Program-made: the position numbers and the translations under genes
The notes under the pieces: generated by a model
Told to the model about the DNA's origin: nothing
Databases searched by the model: none
What the model saw: the letters and a program-made list of their open reading frames with translations, nothing else
Source: Wickerhamiella versatilis
Taxonomy: Eukaryota
Reading direction: 5' to 3'
Length of the DNA stretch: 64,000 nucleotides
Assembly (NCBI GenBank): GCA_030867685.1
Contig: JAQOWU010000008.1
Coordinates: forward strand, 3,472,001 to 3,536,000
Shown: positions 61,387 through 64,000 of the stretch, in pieces
How the letters are laid out: each line of letters starts with the position of its first letter
Numbering within the stretch: the stretch's first letter is position 1

Positions 61387-62253
61387 ATGATTCAAAAGTC
61401 GTTAGGCACTCTGTTTAAAAGGAGTTTCTCATCAGGATCGCATTCAAATGCAGAAGAGCTGGCACATTTTGCTAAGTTAGCCTCGTCATGGTGGGATGCC
61501 GATGGGCCTCAGCGTATTCTACATAAAATGAATCTCATGCGCATGGACTTTATTCTAGAGACACTTCAGAAATATAACAGCAGTGCACCTGGTTACTCTT
61601 CTGATCTATTACCTCCAGCATATAGGCCAAGGTATAATCCACCCGATAGGCTCTCGATTCTTGATGTAGGGTGTGGGGGAGGACTGCTCAGTGAAAGCCT
61701 TGCCCGCTCGAGGCTTGCAAAAGACATTGGAGTCCTTGGAATTGATGTAACACCAGAAGTCATTGCTGTGGCAAAAGCTCATCAGGCCCTTGATCCTACA
61801 CTTCATTCGAGACTGGAATACGCTAATGCTAGTGTTGAGGACCTTGATCCGAACATTGAGGTGGATATTCTCACCATGTTTGAAGTTTTAGAGCACGTTG
61901 ATAATCCATCAGAAATGCTTCATAACTCCCTAAAACATGTGAAGAAAGGGGGCTGGGCATTTTTTTCTACAATTAACCGAACACTACTGGCTTATCTATC
62001 CACGATATTTATGGGAGAGTACGTCTTGAAAATTGTTCCAAAAGGTACGCATACGTTAAATAAATACATTAACGAGTACGAAATGCGGAAATTCATAGAA
62101 AAGTTACCAGATTGGCAGTTTGCAAGGTCTCAAGGATGTATTTATGTGCCAACACAGGATTGGGTGCGTTTCGATGATAGCACTCCAGTACTTGGATGTA
62201 CTATTGGGAAGTCAGGAGGTAACTATTTAATGGCAGCATACAAACCACTTTAA
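61387..62253 (+). CDS. COQ3: Ubiquinone biosynthesis O-methyltransferase
   Basis: HFAKLASSWWD..GPQRILHKMN..R, LDVGCGGGLLSESLAR, FEVLEHV, STINRT, VPKGTH. Confidence 0.96.
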   Translation: MIQKSLGTLFKRSFSSGSHSNAEELAHFAKLASSWWDADGPQRILHKMNLMRMDFILETLQKYNSSAPGYSSDLLPPAYRPRYNPPDRLSILDVGCGGGLLSESLARSRLAKDIGVLGIDVTPEVIAVAKAHQALDPTLHSRLEYANASVEDLDPNIEVDILTMFEVLEHVDNPSEMLHNSLKHVKKGGWAFFSTINRTLLAYLSTIFMGEYVLKIVPKGTHTLNKYINEYEMRKFIEKLPDWQFARSQGCIYVPTQDWVRFDDSTPVLGCTIGKSGGNYLMAAYKPL

Positions 62254-62888
62254 GCGGCAGCAGCCTTATCGGGATTCTCTAATGTTGATGGCGCAGTCTC
62301 GTCGATGAACTGAGGAGGAGCCTCATCCATCAGGTAGCTTGGCGCATCCTGGGGCTGTTCTAGCTCTACATCATCACCCAATGCCTCGAGTTCTGCGTCT
62401 AGCTCTGTCTCGTCAACATCTTCAGGTAGCGAATAATTACGTGACATAGTGTCTTGAAGCTCATCAGCAGTATCAAGCAATTCTGCCATCTCATCTTGCA
62501 TGTCTTCGATCTTGTCGATATTTACCTTGCCGTACTGCTTTTTCAACTCCTTGTTAGCGGTTTTCATTGCATCAATTGTAACCATCGTATTTCGTAGATT
62601 GTCTTGTGTCATAGAAGCCTGCTCCATATTCCATGTTTGGGATTCCAACTGATCTTTTTGGGCCTCCACTTGTTTGCGTTGCCGAAGTACTTTCAGGGCC
62701 CTCTGTTTGATTGCCTGCTTACCAGGTCCTTCGCGCATATTAGCCAGCTTGCGCTGATACTGGGAAAGTTCTCCATTGATCTTAGCTAGTTTCACGTCAA
62801 TCTCAGATATCCTCGTTTCGACGTTTCCAATGGCATCCTTTAGGCCAGGCTTTGGCACCTTAGAGCGTGAGCCAAAAAGTCGGTTCAT
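62250..62888 (-). CDS. VPS60: ESCRT-III-associated Vps60 (CHMP5)
   Basis: MNRLFG, KQRALKVLRQRK, WNMEQA, IDKIEDMQDEM, ELDAELEAL. Confidence 0.95.
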   Translation of the reverse strand: MNRLFGSRSKVPKPGLKDAIGNVETRISEIDVKLAKINGELSQYQRKLANMREGPGKQAIKQRALKVLRQRKQVEAQKDQLESQTWNMEQASMTQDNLRNTMVTIDAMKTANKELKKQYGKVNIDKIEDMQDEMAELLDTADELQDTMSRNYSLPEDVDETELDAELEALGDDVELEQPQDAPSYLMDEAPPQFIDETAPSTLENPDKAAAA

Positions 62889-63247
62889 ATGCCTTACTAA
62901 TTAATGAGAGTAGGAGATTCGTACTAAAGTGCCTGTCAAAGAGCAGTATTGTCGTTGGACAGTAACCGCCATTAGGTTGCGTAATAATAAAGTACATCAA
63001 AAAGAGACCTATCAGAGAATACAGCGGAAACCCTTTTGATATGCCACTACAGGTGGCTCATTTCTGACAATCAAGCTAATAAAATCCCTTATAATGCTTA
63101 TGCACACTAATATTCGAATGCTGCTATCACAATTGTCACCCGTTGGTGAAATTATAATTAAGGTGTCCGAGGTAATAGAGTTATTCGGTGTGACTATATA
63201 AGATTTGTCATCGTCAAGTCTCCATCAAAGACTGCATATTCCTACGA

Positions 63248-63862
63248 ATGAATTCGTTTAATTCAGTTCCTGAGGCCTTGGAAGCTTTTTCAAAAGGAGA
63301 ATTTGTCGTAGTGATGGATGATGAAGGTCGTGAGAATGAGGGCGATTTAATAGCCGCAGCCTCAGACATGACAACGGAAAAAATGGCATTCCTGGTTCAG
63401 CATTCCTCAGGCTACGTGTGCTGTCCCATGACAAATGCGATAGCAGACAAGCTTAAACTGCCTTTAATGGTTGAAAAACTCGAAGATCGCCATGGCACAG
63501 CATATACAGTAACCTGTGATGCTTTGGAGGGAACGACTACGGGTATTAGTGCCCACGACAGAGCATTGACGGCACGAAGATTGGCTGATCCAAGTAGCAC
63601 AGCGGCAACATTCAATCGCCCTGGCCATGTGCTACCTTTACGAGCCCGTGATGGCGGGGTGAAAGTCCGTAGAGGTCATACAGAGGCTTCTGTCGATTTG
63701 TGCAAGCTAAGCAACAAGGAACCTGTTGCAGTGATATGTGAAATAGTTAAACAAGAGGATGGCTCAATGGCACGCCGCGACGACTGTCTGAAATTTGCTC
63801 GAGACTATGGTCTAAAATCTTTAACTATCGACGCATTGGTGAGCTATATCCAAGATAATTAA
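63248..63862 (+). CDS. RIB3: 3,4-dihydroxy-2-butanone 4-phosphate synthase
   Basis: VMDDEGRENEGDLI, TAYTVTCD, TTGISAHDR, RPGHVLPL, RRGHTEA. Confidence 0.97.
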   Translation: MNSFNSVPEALEAFSKGEFVVVMDDEGRENEGDLIAAASDMTTEKMAFLVQHSSGYVCCPMTNAIADKLKLPLMVEKLEDRHGTAYTVTCDALEGTTTGISAHDRALTARRLADPSSTAATFNRPGHVLPLRARDGGVKVRRGHTEASVDLCKLSNKEPVAVICEIVKQEDGSMARRDDCLKFARDYGLKSLTIDALVSYIQDN

Positions 63863-64000
63863 TTTACGCTATACCATTGTTGAACTTTTTTCCTCCCCAC
63901 TCGTAGCGTCGCTTCGTGTCTGCGAAATATGCGACTGTATCATCCGTAACCTCAGACCTACGTTTTTGGAACTCACCAACAACACCTTGCAGTATTTTTA

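Noticed and set aside
1-64000. Transposons, CRISPR arrays, rRNA or bacterial horizontally transferred genes
   Set aside because: No transposase/RT motifs, terminal repeats or repeat-spacer arrays; the enzymes present carry fungal-type signatures. A phylogenetic check was not possible.

Overview
Eukaryotic (budding-yeast, Saccharomycotina) nuclear DNA that is very gene-dense. It holds about 45 protein-coding genes, apparently all intron-less, often separated by only tens of bp. Most are conserved housekeeping genes (CHC1, VPS5, TRZ1, RCL1, YCS4, SEY1, RET2, PRE4, MSS51, DGA1, MET6, TCP1, UPC2, AHA1, COQ3, RIB3 and others). The compactness plus a retained MscS-like channel suggest an early-branching lineage such as Wickerhamiella/Starmerella; this is inference only. 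Non-coding genes: an intron-containing tRNA-Tyr(GTA) and a snR57-snR55-snR61 C/D snoRNA cluster. In that cluster the first two snoRNAs sit in spliceosomal introns of a non-coding host, and the third follows an Rnt1-type UGNN-tetraloop hairpin. Most unusual items: an orphan secreted, Kex2-processed protein with 37 Cys in 154 aa; a small CxxC/CxH protein behind a 1.3 kb intergenic region; a one-base frameshift in essential TCP1; a recurring T[T/G]AYRT[A/C]A motif just upstream of many start codons; several unexplained intergenic hairpins; and an in-frame uORF separated from UPC2 by a single TAG. No mobile elements, CRISPR arrays or clearly bacterial genes were seen. All gene identities come from recalled motifs, not database searches.
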